Shown one piece after another: positions 37,053 to 46,803 of a stretch of DNA of 64,000 nt (the stretch's first letter is position 1; the number at the start of each line of letters is the position of its first letter). The notes below the pieces were generated by a model that was given only the letters and a program-made list of their open reading frames with translations, had not been told where the DNA came from and did no database searches. Source of the DNA: Verrucomicrobiota bacterium (GTDB taxonomy: Bacteria; Verrucomicrobiota; Verrucomicrobiia; Limisphaerales; SXQI01); the NCBI GenBank assembly GCA_033762115.1, contig JANRLX010000103.1:25886-89885 (forward strand), in the 5' to 3' direction. The translations under genes and the position numbers were made by a program.

Positions 37053-37787
37053 ATGAGCATGCCACTCGCTTTCTTCGCCAAAACCGAAACCATGGAACTG
37101 CTGTTCGTGTGGGAAAAGGCGACCCTCGAGGCAAAGGCCATCATCCTGATTCTCGCGGTTTTTTCCATCTTTGCCTGGTCTGTCATGGCCGCCAAGGGAA
37201 TGCAGATGAGCCGAGCCAAAAAGATGAACGCTTTTTTTGATGACGAATTTCGAAATCAAAAGGAAGTCATGTCGATTTACAATCGCCGCATCAACGTGGA
37301 TGGCTGTCCTAATTTTACCGTTTACCAGGCCGGTCTCCAGGAATTGGAAGGGCGGCTCAAGGGCCGGGATGGGAAACCGCGGGAACGGCTTTCCCTCAAG
37401 TCAATGGAACACGTCAAGCGCGCTTTGGAACGGGCCGTGGCACAGGAAGCCTTGAAACTTGAATCCGGGTTGATTCTCCTCGCCATCGCCGTGAGCGGAG
37501 GCCCTTTCCTCGGGTTGCTCGGGACGGTCTGGGGCGTGATGAGCACCTTTAGTTATGTGGCCATGAAAGGAAGCGCTGACTTGCCCACGATGGCTCCCGG
37601 CGTGGCCGCCGCTCTCGTCACCACGGTGGCCGGTCTGCTCGTCGCCATTCCTTCCATGTTCGGCTACAATTACCTTGTCCATACGCTGCGGGTCCTGACT
37701 GTGGGGCTGGACAATTTTGCCCAGGAACTCGCTTCCCGCATCGAAATCGAGTTCCTGAAGGAGGATGATGAAAGCAGCGTCCAGTGA
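37053..37787 (+). CDS. tolQ: MotA/TolQ/ExbB proton channel protein
   Basis: GPFLGLLGTVWGVM, APGVAAALVTTVAGLLVAIP; first gene of a tol-pal cluster. Confidence 0.88.
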   Translation: MSMPLAFFAKTETMELLFVWEKATLEAKAIILILAVFSIFAWSVMAAKGMQMSRAKKMNAFFDDEFRNQKEVMSIYNRRINVDGCPNFTVYQAGLQELEGRLKGRDGKPRERLSLKSMEHVKRALERAVAQEALKLESGLILLAIAVSGGPFLGLLGTVWGVMSTFSYVAMKGSADLPTMAPGVAAALVTTVAGLLVAIPSMFGYNYLVHTLRVLTVGLDNFAQELASRIEIEFLKEDDESSVQ

Positions 37788-37839
37788 TACCCATCATCTC
37801 CAGGCAAGCCTGAACCAATGATGAAATGATCTTGATGAT

Positions 37840-38256
37840 ATGCGCCGCTTTTCCCAAAAAAATTCTCTTGTCACGCTGAATGAGATCAACATCACACCGC
37901 TCCTTGATCTCGCCTTCGTGTTGCTGATCATTTTCGTGATCACCACACCCCTGCTTGAGCAAAGCCTCAAACTCAATCTCCCTTCCGGCGGTTTCGAAGC
38001 CGCCACCAAGATCAGGAAGGAGGATGTGCGCACCGTCGAAGTGAGCCCCGATGGAAATTTCGTCATGGGCGGCAGGCGAATGTCTTTGAACGATGTCGAG
38101 GCCGTCCTCGTCAAAGCGTTCAGCGAAAATCCAAGACTTACAGTGTATATTCGCGCTGACAGCAAGGAAGATTACGGCAATGTGCTGGCCGTGCTCAATC
38201 GTTGCGAAAAAAATAATATCAACCGTGTGGCCTTCGCCACAAAACCGGATAAGTAA
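37840..38256 (+). CDS. tolR: ExbD/TolR protein
   Basis: EINITPLLDLAFVLLIIF, IRAD..YG.V. Confidence 0.88.
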   Translation: MRRFSQKNSLVTLNEINITPLLDLAFVLLIIFVITTPLLEQSLKLNLPSGGFEAATKIRKEDVRTVEVSPDGNFVMGGRRMSLNDVEAVLVKAFSENPRLTVYIRADSKEDYGNVLAVLNRCEKNNINRVAFATKPDK

Positions 38257-38258
38257 CA

Positions 38259-39320
38259 GTGGACCGGCTGCATAAAAAATGTCTGTTCGCCTCGGCAGCC
38301 ATGCATCTGCTGCTCGGGTTGACCGTTTTTATCGGCGCTGCCTTTGTCATTCCCTCAAGGAACCAGGAATCTCTCCCGCTCCTGGACATGATCCCCGCTC
38401 ATCTTGTCGATGCCGCAATCTCCGGTGGCGGCGGAAATCCGGAGGTGACCGAACCGCCAGCCGCACCTCAGGCTTCCCAATCTAAATCGCAGGAAATTTT
38501 TCCCGCCCCGGAGCCCCTCCCGGTTCAACCAGTCGCGCCGCCAGCCCAGAAAAAAGAACCGGAACCGGTCAAAATTCCGGAGCCCGAACCAGTGAAACCG
38601 CCAAAAAATTCCACCCGGGAAAAACCGCCTGAACTCGAACCGATCAAGGACCGAAAAGCCACACCTGACCCTGATCCGGAATCAATTAAACGCCCGGTCA
38701 CCACCAGCAAGGCTGCTGAAAAAAGAGCCCCTTCAGACTCGAAAAAGGCTGCGCCACGGGAGGCGAAAGTGGCCGATGCCTCAGAAAAGCGGACTGAGAA
38801 ACCCAGGGTCCAGGTGAATACCACCGCAGTCAAACGGAACAACAACGCTGCCATCGAAGCCGCCAAAGCCAAAGCGGAGGCTGAGGCCAGAGCCCATGCC
38901 GATGCCGTAGCCAGGGCCCAGGCCGCCCGAGACCAGCGGGTGGCTGCCTTGCGCTCCGGCGTCCAGAATATCAAAGGTGGGCTTTCCTCCGGTACCAGTG
39001 TCGAAATGCCCGGCCCGGGTGGAGAAGCATATGCGAACTATGGACAAGTGATTGGGTCTATTTACACAAAAGCATGGATCGCCCCTGAAACCGCAGCGGA
39101 GGACAGCTCCACTGTCAGGGCCCAGGTGGTCGTTTCCCGCGACGGCAAAGTGGTCAGCACAAAAGTGCTTTCCAGGTCAGGAAACGCCGCGCTGGATAAA
39201 TCCGTGCAGGCCGTGCTGAACCGGATCAGGCAACTGCCACCTTTTCCCGCCGGGGCCACGGAACCGGAGCGGACTTTCTTTATTAATTTTAACCTGAAAT
39301 CTAAAACACATATCGGATGA
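38259..39320 (+). CDS. tolA: TolA/TonB-family protein
   Basis: N-terminal TM with His, Pro/Glu/Lys-rich and Ala-rich linker, C-terminal SGNAALDKSV domain. Confidence 0.8.
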   Translation: MDRLHKKCLFASAAMHLLLGLTVFIGAAFVIPSRNQESLPLLDMIPAHLVDAAISGGGGNPEVTEPPAAPQASQSKSQEIFPAPEPLPVQPVAPPAQKKEPEPVKIPEPEPVKPPKNSTREKPPELEPIKDRKATPDPDPESIKRPVTTSKAAEKRAPSDSKKAAPREAKVADASEKRTEKPRVQVNTTAVKRNNNAAIEAAKAKAEAEARAHADAVARAQAARDQRVAALRSGVQNIKGGLSSGTSVEMPGPGGEAYANYGQVIGSIYTKAWIAPETAAEDSSTVRAQVVVSRDGKVVSTKVLSRSGNAALDKSVQAVLNRIRQLPPFPAGATEPERTFFINFNLKSKTHIG

Positions 39321-40486
39321 GGCGTTTACATTTTATCTTGCTGGCTGGATTTTCCCTGTTTGTTGCGGCCCTGCCGCTTCGCAGCGCTGAAACCATTGAC
39401 GTCACCACCATCGCTCCCGGCGAAGAAGCGCGGCTCCTGCCCATTGCCTTCTCCGGCTTTAACGGGGAAGCCGCCAGGGTCATCCGTTTTGACCTTGAAA
39501 TCGCCGGATTCAGGATAGTCCCTGAAGACCAGGCGCAATACATCATTACCGGCCGCAGCAGCGACCCTGTCGAAGGCTCCGTCACCGACCGCTTCAGCAA
39601 ATCAGTTCTCTTTTCCAGACGCTACTCCGGCAGTTCCATCCGCTCACAAGCGCATGCTTTCAGTGATGATGTCGTGGCTGCCATCCTGAAAACCCCCGGA
39701 ATTTCCCGCACAAAAATCGTTTTTAAAAACGACACCGGCAGGAACAGCGAATTGATGGTTGCCGATTACGATGGCCACAACGCGGTGCAGGTCACGCAGG
39801 ACAACAGTATCGTCGCCGCTCCCACCTGGGTCCCGGGAAAGCGCACTCTTTTTTATACCTCCTATAAATCCAGCTATCCTGACATTTATTCCCACGACCT
39901 GAATACCGGTGAGCGCCGCGTGATCGCCCGTTACCCCGGCTTGAACACAAGCCCCGCTGTTTCACCGGATGGTCGCAAGGTCGCGATGATCCTCAGCAAG
40001 GATGGAAGCCCCGATCTTTACGTCTCCAACATCGATGGCAGCGAGTTGTTGCAACTCACCAGGACTCGCGAGGATGAATCCGCCCCCTGCTGGTCGCCCG
40101 ACGGGAAAACAATCTGCGTCGTTTCCCGCATCAATGAAAAACGTGGACTTTATGTCGTTCCAGCCACTGGTGGAAAGCTTACCCGCTTGAGCACTGCCGG
40201 AATTCTGAACCCCACAGAACCGGAATGGTCTCCCGATGGAAAGAAAATCGTGTTCACTTCACAGATGGGTGGATTCAACATCTGCACGATTCCTGCTCAG
40301 GGAGGACAGGCGGAAATACTCGCCGCTGGTGAAGACCCAAGCTGGGCGCCTAATTCCCGCACCGTGGTCTTTACCCGCAGAATCAAGAACAAACGTGTCC
40401 TGTCTTTGCTTGACGTGCATAGCAAACGTGTAAAAGATATTGCCCAGATTTCGGGAAGCTGTTCGCAACCCAGTTGGGCAAAGTGA
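39317..40486 (+). CDS. tolB: Tol-Pal beta-propeller protein TolB
   Basis: AHAFSD, ADYDG, repeated SPDG/PD40 motifs. Confidence 0.9.
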   Translation: MRRLHFILLAGFSLFVAALPLRSAETIDVTTIAPGEEARLLPIAFSGFNGEAARVIRFDLEIAGFRIVPEDQAQYIITGRSSDPVEGSVTDRFSKSVLFSRRYSGSSIRSQAHAFSDDVVAAILKTPGISRTKIVFKNDTGRNSELMVADYDGHNAVQVTQDNSIVAAPTWVPGKRTLFYTSYKSSYPDIYSHDLNTGERRVIARYPGLNTSPAVSPDGRKVAMILSKDGSPDLYVSNIDGSELLQLTRTREDESAPCWSPDGKTICVVSRINEKRGLYVVPATGGKLTRLSTAGILNPTEPEWSPDGKKIVFTSQMGGFNICTIPAQGGQAEILAAGEDPSWAPNSRTVVFTRRIKNKRVLSLLDVHSKRVKDIAQISGSCSQPSWAK

Positions 40487-40518
40487 ACCATTACCTCTCC
40501 TTATTGAGTGACATTTAA

Positions 40519-41148
40519 ATGAAAAAGTCGAATTTCCTGTCTGTTTTAACGATAGCGTTGTTGCTCGCCTCTGGAGCAGTCGGTTGTAAAAAAGCACCCA
40601 AAAACGTCACCCCGATTCAGGGAACCAGATCCAATGTCCCAGGGGGCAACACAACCCTGGGAAACCCCACTGACATCTCTCCTGGATCCACTCTTCCCAC
40701 CGATAACACCCGCACCACTCCTGTTTTTGACCCCAATGATCCTTCCCGGACCGGTGTCCCGGTCGGCAGCCGCCCCGGCGAAAACATGACAGAAGATGCC
40801 CAGCGCCTGAAGGCAGAGACCGTTTATTTTGATTTCGATAAATCAGCCGTTCGCCAGAGCGAAGCTTCCAAAGTTGAGGCAGTCGCCACCTTCCTGAAAA
40901 ATGAGCCAACCGCGATGGTCCGCGTGGAAGGTAATTGCGATGAACGCGGGACCGAGGAGTATAACCGTTCTCTCGGAGAACGCCGTTCCCTCGCGGTCCA
41001 GCAATTCCTCGTCAATCTCGGCATCGCTCCTGAGCGAATCACAACCGTCAGCTACGGTGAAGACCGTCCCGCTGAAATGGGACAGGATGAAGCCGCCTAC
41101 GCCAAAAATCGCCGCGTCGATTTCGTGGTGCTGACTCCAAAACAGTAA
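40519..41148 (+). CDS. pal: Peptidoglycan-associated lipoprotein (OmpA family)
   Basis: Lipobox AVGC, VYFDFD, EGNCDERGTEEYNRSLGERR, SYGE, KNRR. Confidence 0.93.
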   Translation: MKKSNFLSVLTIALLLASGAVGCKKAPKNVTPIQGTRSNVPGGNTTLGNPTDISPGSTLPTDNTRTTPVFDPNDPSRTGVPVGSRPGENMTEDAQRLKAETVYFDFDKSAVRQSEASKVEAVATFLKNEPTAMVRVEGNCDERGTEEYNRSLGERRSLAVQQFLVNLGIAPERITTVSYGEDRPAEMGQDEAAYAKNRRVDFVVLTPKQ

Positions 41149-41174
41149 CCTGATCTCCTCAATTTCAGATTTGC

Positions 41175-41200
41175 AAAGGACCTGTCTCCAGGTCCTTTTT
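41175..41200 (+). terminator. Rho-independent terminator after pal
   Basis: AAAGGACCTG-tctc-CAGGTCCTTTTT. Confidence 0.8.
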
Positions 41201-41242
41201 GCTTTCCTCCATGCCCCGGTTCTGGAATTCTCCTTTCATCCA

Positions 41243-41953
41243 ATGAAAACTTTCCTGGCATTCGCTCTTTCTGTCGCGCTCCTTCCCTTGCAGGCGGTCG
41301 CCGCTGAAAGCAAACCCACCGTTGAATCGGTCCTGAGCAAATATGTCACCGCCGTTGGGGGCAAAGCTGCAGTGGAAAAAATCACTTCCCTCGCCATGGA
41401 AGGCACAATGGAAATTTTTGGCACCACTGGTGAGTTCCGCACCTTTCAAAAAGCGAACAAGGCCGCCTGGACTTTCGTGGGGCAGGACGGGACCCATTCC
41501 CATCACTTTGACGGTGAAAAAGGATGGAAGAAAAATCCTCTCGGCGTGCAGGAACTCACCCCACAGGAACTCCGCGGCATGAAGCAGATGGCCGAACTCC
41601 ATCTTGAGACGCATCTCACGAAGGTTTTTCCAAACCTGCAGTTCAAGGGAACAGAAACGATCAACGGCGAAGAGGCCCATATCCTCGAGAGCAACCCCTC
41701 GGCGGAAATTTCCGATCGCCTCGCTTTCAGCGTGAAGACCGGGCTGTTGGTCGAGCAATCCTCACGAGATGGCTCCCTCAAAACCAAGTTCCAGTTTCAG
41801 GATTTCAAAACCGTGGATGGAGTTCAGCGCCCTCACAGCATGACTCAGACCCTGGAATCTCCCGAGGGAACCCTCGACCTGGTTTTCAAGTGGAAGTCGA
41901 TCCAATCCAACAAGGAACTGAAGGACGAACTTTTTGCCCGTCCCCAGGGCTGA
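41243..41953 (+). CDS. Secreted hypothetical protein (LolA-like lipoprotein-sorting fold suspected)
   Basis: Signal peptide; VLSKYVTAVGG, FDGEKGW, KTGLL, DFKTVDGVQRP, LF..P terminus. Confidence 0.7.
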   Translation: MKTFLAFALSVALLPLQAVAAESKPTVESVLSKYVTAVGGKAAVEKITSLAMEGTMEIFGTTGEFRTFQKANKAAWTFVGQDGTHSHHFDGEKGWKKNPLGVQELTPQELRGMKQMAELHLETHLTKVFPNLQFKGTETINGEEAHILESNPSAEISDRLAFSVKTGLLVEQSSRDGSLKTKFQFQDFKTVDGVQRPHSMTQTLESPEGTLDLVFKWKSIQSNKELKDELFARPQG

Positions 41954-42018
41954 CCGTTGCACAGCTGCAATCCCTTCCCCCGGGTTCCGATTTCCAAAAA
42001 AAAGGGGTGGCAAAGCGT

Positions 42019-42046
42019 TTGACAGAAGGAGGTTCGCTGCTATCCT
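42019..42046 (+). promoter_or_regulatory. Sigma-70 promoter of the rpmH operon
   Basis: TTGACA-N16-TATCCT with extended -10 TG. Confidence 0.7.
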
Positions 42047-42130
42047 CCCCCACTCCGTTGATGACGGGCGTAACCGCTTTGACTTTTTAGCGGGGCAGTT
42101 GGACGCCGGGTTGCATCAGGAAAAGATTTT

Positions 42131-42268
42131 ATGAAACGTCAATATCAGCCGTCTAAAATTCGACGAAAACGGCAACATGGGTTTTTGAACCGCAATTCGA
42201 ACAAGAGCGGAAAAGCGATTCTTGCAAATCGCCGCCGCGTCGGTCGCAAGCGCTTGACCCCGGTCTGA
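42131..42268 (+). CDS. rpmH: 50S ribosomal protein L34 (not in ORF track)
   Basis: [45 protein letters not shown]. Confidence 0.97.
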   Translation: MKRQYQPSKIRRKRQHGFLNRNSNKSGKAILANRRRVGRKRLTPV

Positions 42269-42272
42269 TTTC

Positions 42273-42638
42273 ATGGCATCGCAGGAGAAACTCACCTTTC
42301 CCGAGTCTCTCCGCCTGAAAATGTCCCATGAGTTCAAGGAGGTCCGCGAAACAGGGAAGCGAAAAATCAAAGGTTGCCTGATCCTGAACTGGAAAGTACT
42401 GCCGGAGGGAGGCGAGTCCCGCCTTGGCGTCATTACCACAAAAAAACTTGGAAAAGCCCATGACCGTTCACGGGCCAGGCGGCTAATGCGCGAGACATTC
42501 AGGCTCCAGCAACATCGTTTGAAAGCTTCGATTCTGGTGTTGATTGCTCGAAACTCGATTTTATCAAAATCGCAGCCGGAGGTGGAAAAGGATTTTTTGC
42601 TGCTGGCAAGGGAGGCCGGGATATTAAAGACGGAATAA
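42273..42638 (+). CDS. rnpA: Ribonuclease P protein component
   Basis: RLGVITTKKLGKAHDRSRARRLMRE; follows rpmH. Confidence 0.93.
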   Translation: MASQEKLTFPESLRLKMSHEFKEVRETGKRKIKGCLILNWKVLPEGGESRLGVITTKKLGKAHDRSRARRLMRETFRLQQHRLKASILVLIARNSILSKSQPEVEKDFLLLAREAGILKTE

Positions 42639-42904
42639 AACAACTTCTGCTGGCCCTGATCACTGTGTATCGGGTCTTTTTGTCACCCCTGAAAAATCTC
42701 CTTCTGGGTGGCGGTGGCTGTTGCCGTTTTACCCCCAGTTGCTCCTGCTACGCCCATCAGGCAATCAGCCAGGCTGGTGTCGTTAAAGGTCTTTGGCTTG
42801 CGGTGAAACGTTTGAGCAGGTGCCATCCCTGGGGTGGATTTGGGTACGACCCCGCGCCCGGCCCAGTTTCTCAACCTTCGGTCGGCAAGACCGTTCAGAA
42901 TTAA
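42635..42904 (+). CDS. yidD: Membrane protein insertion efficiency factor YidD (start uncertain: ATT 42623, ATA 42635 or GTG 42665)
   Basis: IKQLLLALITVYRVFLSP...CRFTPSCSCY...RLSRCHPWGGFGYDP. Confidence 0.88.
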   Translation: MKQLLLALITVYRVFLSPLKNLLLGGGGCCRFTPSCSCYAHQAISQAGVVKGLWLAVKRLSRCHPWGGFGYDPAPGPVSQPSVGKTVQN

Positions 42905-42908
42905 CTTC

Positions 42909-44654
42909 ATGGATCGCACCGCCAAAATTGTTCTCGCAGTTTCCTTCCTTCTGTTGATGGCTTGGTACCCTCTCGTCAACAAGCTTTACCCACCCAAGCC
43001 CATCCCGCTGACGAACACTCTCTCGAATGCCTCCATCTCAAATGCAATTCCCTCCGGGACAAATCGTGTCGGAACCAACCAGGTCGCCCTGAACGCCCTT
43101 CCCTCGGAATTGCGTCCTCCTGCCGAGGAACAACTCCTCACCATCGAAAATGAAAACGCCCGTTACCATTTCTCCTCCCACGGCGGTGGATTGAAACTGG
43201 TGGAGCTTAAAAAATATCAGGCCAACGTCGGCTGCGACGCGGAAAAAATCGGAACCACCAATCTCGCCAGCCTGAACACCAAGGCCCCGCTCGCCGCCCT
43301 CACCCTCCTCGGGGTGGGGAATGGAAATTATACCCTCACCCGAACCGGTGACCTCGTCCGCGCCGAAGTGGCGTTGTCGAATAATGTCCGGCTGATCAAG
43401 GAATACCAGCTTTCCACCAATTACATGGTCAAAACCACCATGCGCTGGGAAAACCATTCTTCAGAAGCGGTCACCCTTCCACTCCGCGAGGTCATTGTCG
43501 GCACCGCGACCCCTGCCGGGTCACATGATGAAAGCCTGTTGCTCGGGCTTGAATGGTTCAATGGGGAAAAGGCCGAACGAATCAAGGAAACCTGGTTCGC
43601 CAACAAAACTTTCGGCTGCTTGCCCGGCCAGCCGCGCACCGAATATATCGGCGGCCAAAGCAATGTGGTCTGGGGCACAGCGCACAACCAGTTTTTTGCG
43701 ATGGTCGCGGTTCCCGCCACGCCTGCCAATCAGGTGATCGGGCGCAGGATCGATCTCCCGGCCCCAACAAAAACAGAATTAGCCAACGACCCACAGACAT
43801 TTGCCAAACCGTTCGGTTACCAGGTCTCTCTTCAATTTGTCCCGGTGACCATCCCCGCTGGTTCCGGTTACGTCGAACAGATCGACCTTTTCGCGGGGCC
43901 CAAGGAATACAAAACATTGACCCGCCTCCCTCGCGAAATGGACCGGGTGATGGGGTTCGATGGCTTCTTTGGTTCCTTTGCCAAGGGCCTGCTTCTCTCG
44001 ATGAACGGCCTGCATGGCATGGGACTCTCCTATGCGATGGCAATCATCACCATCACCGTGATTATCAAATTGCTTTTCTGGCCCCTGACCAATGCCAGCA
44101 CCAAATCAATGAAACGGATGGCCGCATTGCAGCCACAGATGAAAGCATTGCAGGACAAGTACAAGGACGATCCGGCGAAAATGAACCGGAAACTGATGGA
44201 ATTCATGAAGGAACACAAGGTCAGCCCTGTTGGCGGCTGCATCCCCATCCTCCTGCAAATTCCCGTCTTCTTTGGGTTCTACACCATGTTGCAAAGTGCG
44301 ATTGAACTGCGCGGGGCCGAGTTTCTCTGGGCTTGTGACCTCTCCAAACCGGACACGATCTTTTTTATTCCCGGCTTGAATTTGCCCATCAACCCGCTCC
44401 CCATCCTTATGGCCGGGACCATGTTCTGGCAATCCAGCCTCACCCCGCCCTCCCCTGGTATGGACCCCATGCAGCAGAAGATGATGAAATACCTGCCGCT
44501 CATGTTCGTTTTCTTTTTCTATAACGCCTCCGCAGGGTTAGCGCTTTACTGGACTGTCCAAAATCTGATATCCATCCTGCAAATGAAGGTTACCAAGGCG
44601 CAGGATCCAACCCTCAAACCGGGCGCTGCTCCAGCCGCCCCAGTCAAACGATAA
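42909..44654 (+). CDS. yidC: Membrane protein insertase YidC
   Basis: FAGPK, AIITITVIIK, SMKRM..LQP, GGCIPILLQIPVF, DLSKPD, GLALYW. Confidence 0.95.
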   Translation: MDRTAKIVLAVSFLLLMAWYPLVNKLYPPKPIPLTNTLSNASISNAIPSGTNRVGTNQVALNALPSELRPPAEEQLLTIENENARYHFSSHGGGLKLVELKKYQANVGCDAEKIGTTNLASLNTKAPLAALTLLGVGNGNYTLTRTGDLVRAEVALSNNVRLIKEYQLSTNYMVKTTMRWENHSSEAVTLPLREVIVGTATPAGSHDESLLLGLEWFNGEKAERIKETWFANKTFGCLPGQPRTEYIGGQSNVVWGTAHNQFFAMVAVPATPANQVIGRRIDLPAPTKTELANDPQTFAKPFGYQVSLQFVPVTIPAGSGYVEQIDLFAGPKEYKTLTRLPREMDRVMGFDGFFGSFAKGLLLSMNGLHGMGLSYAMAIITITVIIKLLFWPLTNASTKSMKRMAALQPQMKALQDKYKDDPAKMNRKLMEFMKEHKVSPVGGCIPILLQIPVFFGFYTMLQSAIELRGAEFLWACDLSKPDTIFFIPGLNLPINPLPILMAGTMFWQSSLTPPSPGMDPMQQKMMKYLPLMFVFFFYNASAGLALYWTVQNLISILQMKVTKAQDPTLKPGAAPAAPVKR

Positions 44655-44667
44655 CGGCTCCCTTTTT

Positions 44668-45120
44668 ATGCCTGCAGATCCCAAAACGACTCTCGAAACG
44701 TTACTCAGTCACCTCGGTTTTCAAGTCACCGTTTCCCAGCAAACCATGGATGACGGTATTTTATTGGAAGTGCAGACCGATGATCCCGGTCGATTGATCG
44801 GACGCCAGGGGCAGACCCTCAGCGAAATCCAGTACATCACCAACCGCATTCTTTTCCGCCAGGACACCTCCACCCCAAAGGTCACCGTGGATGTGGGCAA
44901 TTACCGCAGCCAGGCCCGCGAAGCCCTCGTCAAGAAAGCGAAGGACGCCGCCGAAAAAGTCCGCCGCTGGGGTGACATCGTTGAACTCGAACCGTTGAAT
45001 GCTTTTGATCGGCGCATCATCCACAACGCGTTGAAGGATGACCCCCATATCGAGACCCATTCCGTGGAAGTCGAGGGGACCGATAAGAAAGCTGTCCTGC
45101 TCCGCCCCAAAAATCCATAA
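44668..45120 (+). CDS. jag: Jag/KhpB-like KH + R3H RNA-binding protein (short form without N-terminal Jag domain)
   Basis: GRLIGRQGQTL (KH), LEPLNAFDRRIIH (R3H). Confidence 0.85.
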   Translation: MPADPKTTLETLLSHLGFQVTVSQQTMDDGILLEVQTDDPGRLIGRQGQTLSEIQYITNRILFRQDTSTPKVTVDVGNYRSQAREALVKKAKDAAEKVRRWGDIVELEPLNAFDRRIIHNALKDDPHIETHSVEVEGTDKKAVLLRPKNP

Positions 45121-45125
45121 TCCAT

Positions 45126-45626
45126 ATGGACCTCTACCTTCTCCGGCATGCAATTGCAGAAACGCTGGAGGATGCCGGTGTCGAACTGGACGCTGACCGT
45201 CCCCTTTCTCCGGATGGAAAACACAAGATGGTGAAAATTGCCGGGACTTTTTCCACCCTCGGAGTGCAGGTGGATCGTGTGTTGACCAGCCCATTCAAAC
45301 GGGCCAGGGACACTGCCGAGATCGCCGCAAAAGCTTTAAAGACTGAGTGTGAAATCCTGCCAGCCCTCGCCGCAGGGAAACCCACCATGAAAGTGATTGC
45401 TGAATTGGCTACACGACAGGCAAAAAACGACGCGATCATGATCGTCGGCCATGAGCCTGATTTCAGCCGGTTAATCTCAATGCTTTTGTCCGGGAGCGCG
45501 GACCTTCAAATCACGATGAAAAAGGCGGGGTTGTGCAAATTGCGCGTGGAACGATTCACCCCCGGAAATTTCGCCACGCTTGAATGGCTCCTCACCCCGA
45601 AACAGATGCTCGCCATTGCCAGCTAG
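45126..45626 (+). CDS. sixA: Phosphohistidine phosphatase SixA
   Basis: LLRHAIAE, RPLSPDG, TSPFKRARDTA, VGHEP. Confidence 0.9.
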   Translation: MDLYLLRHAIAETLEDAGVELDADRPLSPDGKHKMVKIAGTFSTLGVQVDRVLTSPFKRARDTAEIAAKALKTECEILPALAAGKPTMKVIAELATRQAKNDAIMIVGHEPDFSRLISMLLSGSADLQITMKKAGLCKLRVERFTPGNFATLEWLLTPKQMLAIAS

Positions 45627-46714
45627 GCAATCAGCGAATCCATCCTCTCCGAAAGCCAGGCTTCTTCAACAGGCTGTCCGTACTCCACCTCCCCAATCGA
45701 TTTTGCCAGGACGAACTTGATCACCCCGCTGCTGACTTTTTTATCCAGTTTCATCGCAGCCAGCAGTTTTTCTTTTTTATCTTCCTTCAGCCGAACTCCC
45801 GTCGGTAATCCATAGCTGGCAAAAATCGCCTCGATCCGCTTCAACTCATTTTCCTTCAACCCCGTCTTTAAGGCGGAGATGCGGGCAGCGGCGATTTGCC
45901 CAATTGCAATGGCTTCTCCATGCAGATAAACACCGTAACCTGAAATGGCTTCCAACCCATGGCCAATCGTGTGGCCAAAATTAAGAATCGCCCGCACGCT
46001 CGTTTCAGTCTCATCGCGGCTGACCACCTCCGCCTTGATCTCACAGGAACGCGCAACCAGCTTTGCCAGCAATTCCGGCGATCTTTCAAGGACAGCAGCG
46101 GCTTCGTTTTCCAGGAGGCTGAACAGTGACCTGTCATGAATGATCCCGTATTTGATCACTTCAGACAGCCCCGCGCGGAATTCCCGCTGCGGCAGGGTCC
46201 CAAAAGTATCCAGGTCACAAACCACAAGCTGCGGTTGATGAAACGCGCCAACGAGATTTTTTCCCGCCATCAGGTTCACCCCGACTTTCCCACCCACCGA
46301 TGAATCCACCTGCGCCAGCAGCGTGGTGGGAACCTGTACAAAAGGAATCCCGCGCAAATAAGTCGCCGCAACAAAACCGGCCAAATCCCCAACCACCCCG
46401 CCTCCCAACGCAATAATAAATGATTTCCGTTCCACGCGATGCGCAGCCAGTTGATTGTAGCAATCCTCCACAGATTTTAATGATTTCGAGGATTCCCCTG
46501 CCGGAACGGTGATGATGAACGGATCAAACCCCGCGCCACGCAAACTGCCTGCGACCACTTCCCCATACAGCGGGCCAACCGCCGAGTCCGTGACAATGGC
46601 GCATTTGCCGACGAGGTTCAGCTCCGCGCAGAAGGAGCCAGTCTGAGGCAAAAGCCCGCTGCCGATTTTGATCGAGTAGCTTCGACTGCCAAGCGCAACA
46701 GGAACGTTCACCAT
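45623..46714 (-). CDS. aroB: 3-dehydroquinate synthase
   Basis: GGGVVGDLAGF, PTTLLAQVDSSVGGK, LNFGHTIGH, LHGEA, DKK. Confidence 0.97.
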   Translation of the reverse strand: MVNVPVALGSRSYSIKIGSGLLPQTGSFCAELNLVGKCAIVTDSAVGPLYGEVVAGSLRGAGFDPFIITVPAGESSKSLKSVEDCYNQLAAHRVERKSFIIALGGGVVGDLAGFVAATYLRGIPFVQVPTTLLAQVDSSVGGKVGVNLMAGKNLVGAFHQPQLVVCDLDTFGTLPQREFRAGLSEVIKYGIIHDRSLFSLLENEAAAVLERSPELLAKLVARSCEIKAEVVSRDETETSVRAILNFGHTIGHGLEAISGYGVYLHGEAIAIGQIAAARISALKTGLKENELKRIEAIFASYGLPTGVRLKEDKKEKLLAAMKLDKKVSSGVIKFVLAKSIGEVEYGQPVEEAWLSERMDSLIA

Positions 46715-46803
46715 TTGAAAAAGAATAGAAGTCATCTCGCAAGTTGTCCATTTGTGAGATGACTTCCACGCAGGGGCTTTCCTCAGCCAAAGGCAAAACA
46801 GCG

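Noticed and set aside
41954..42130. oriC upstream of rpmH
   Set aside because: No dnaA, no TTATCCACA-type boxes seen, and local skew has the opposite polarity.
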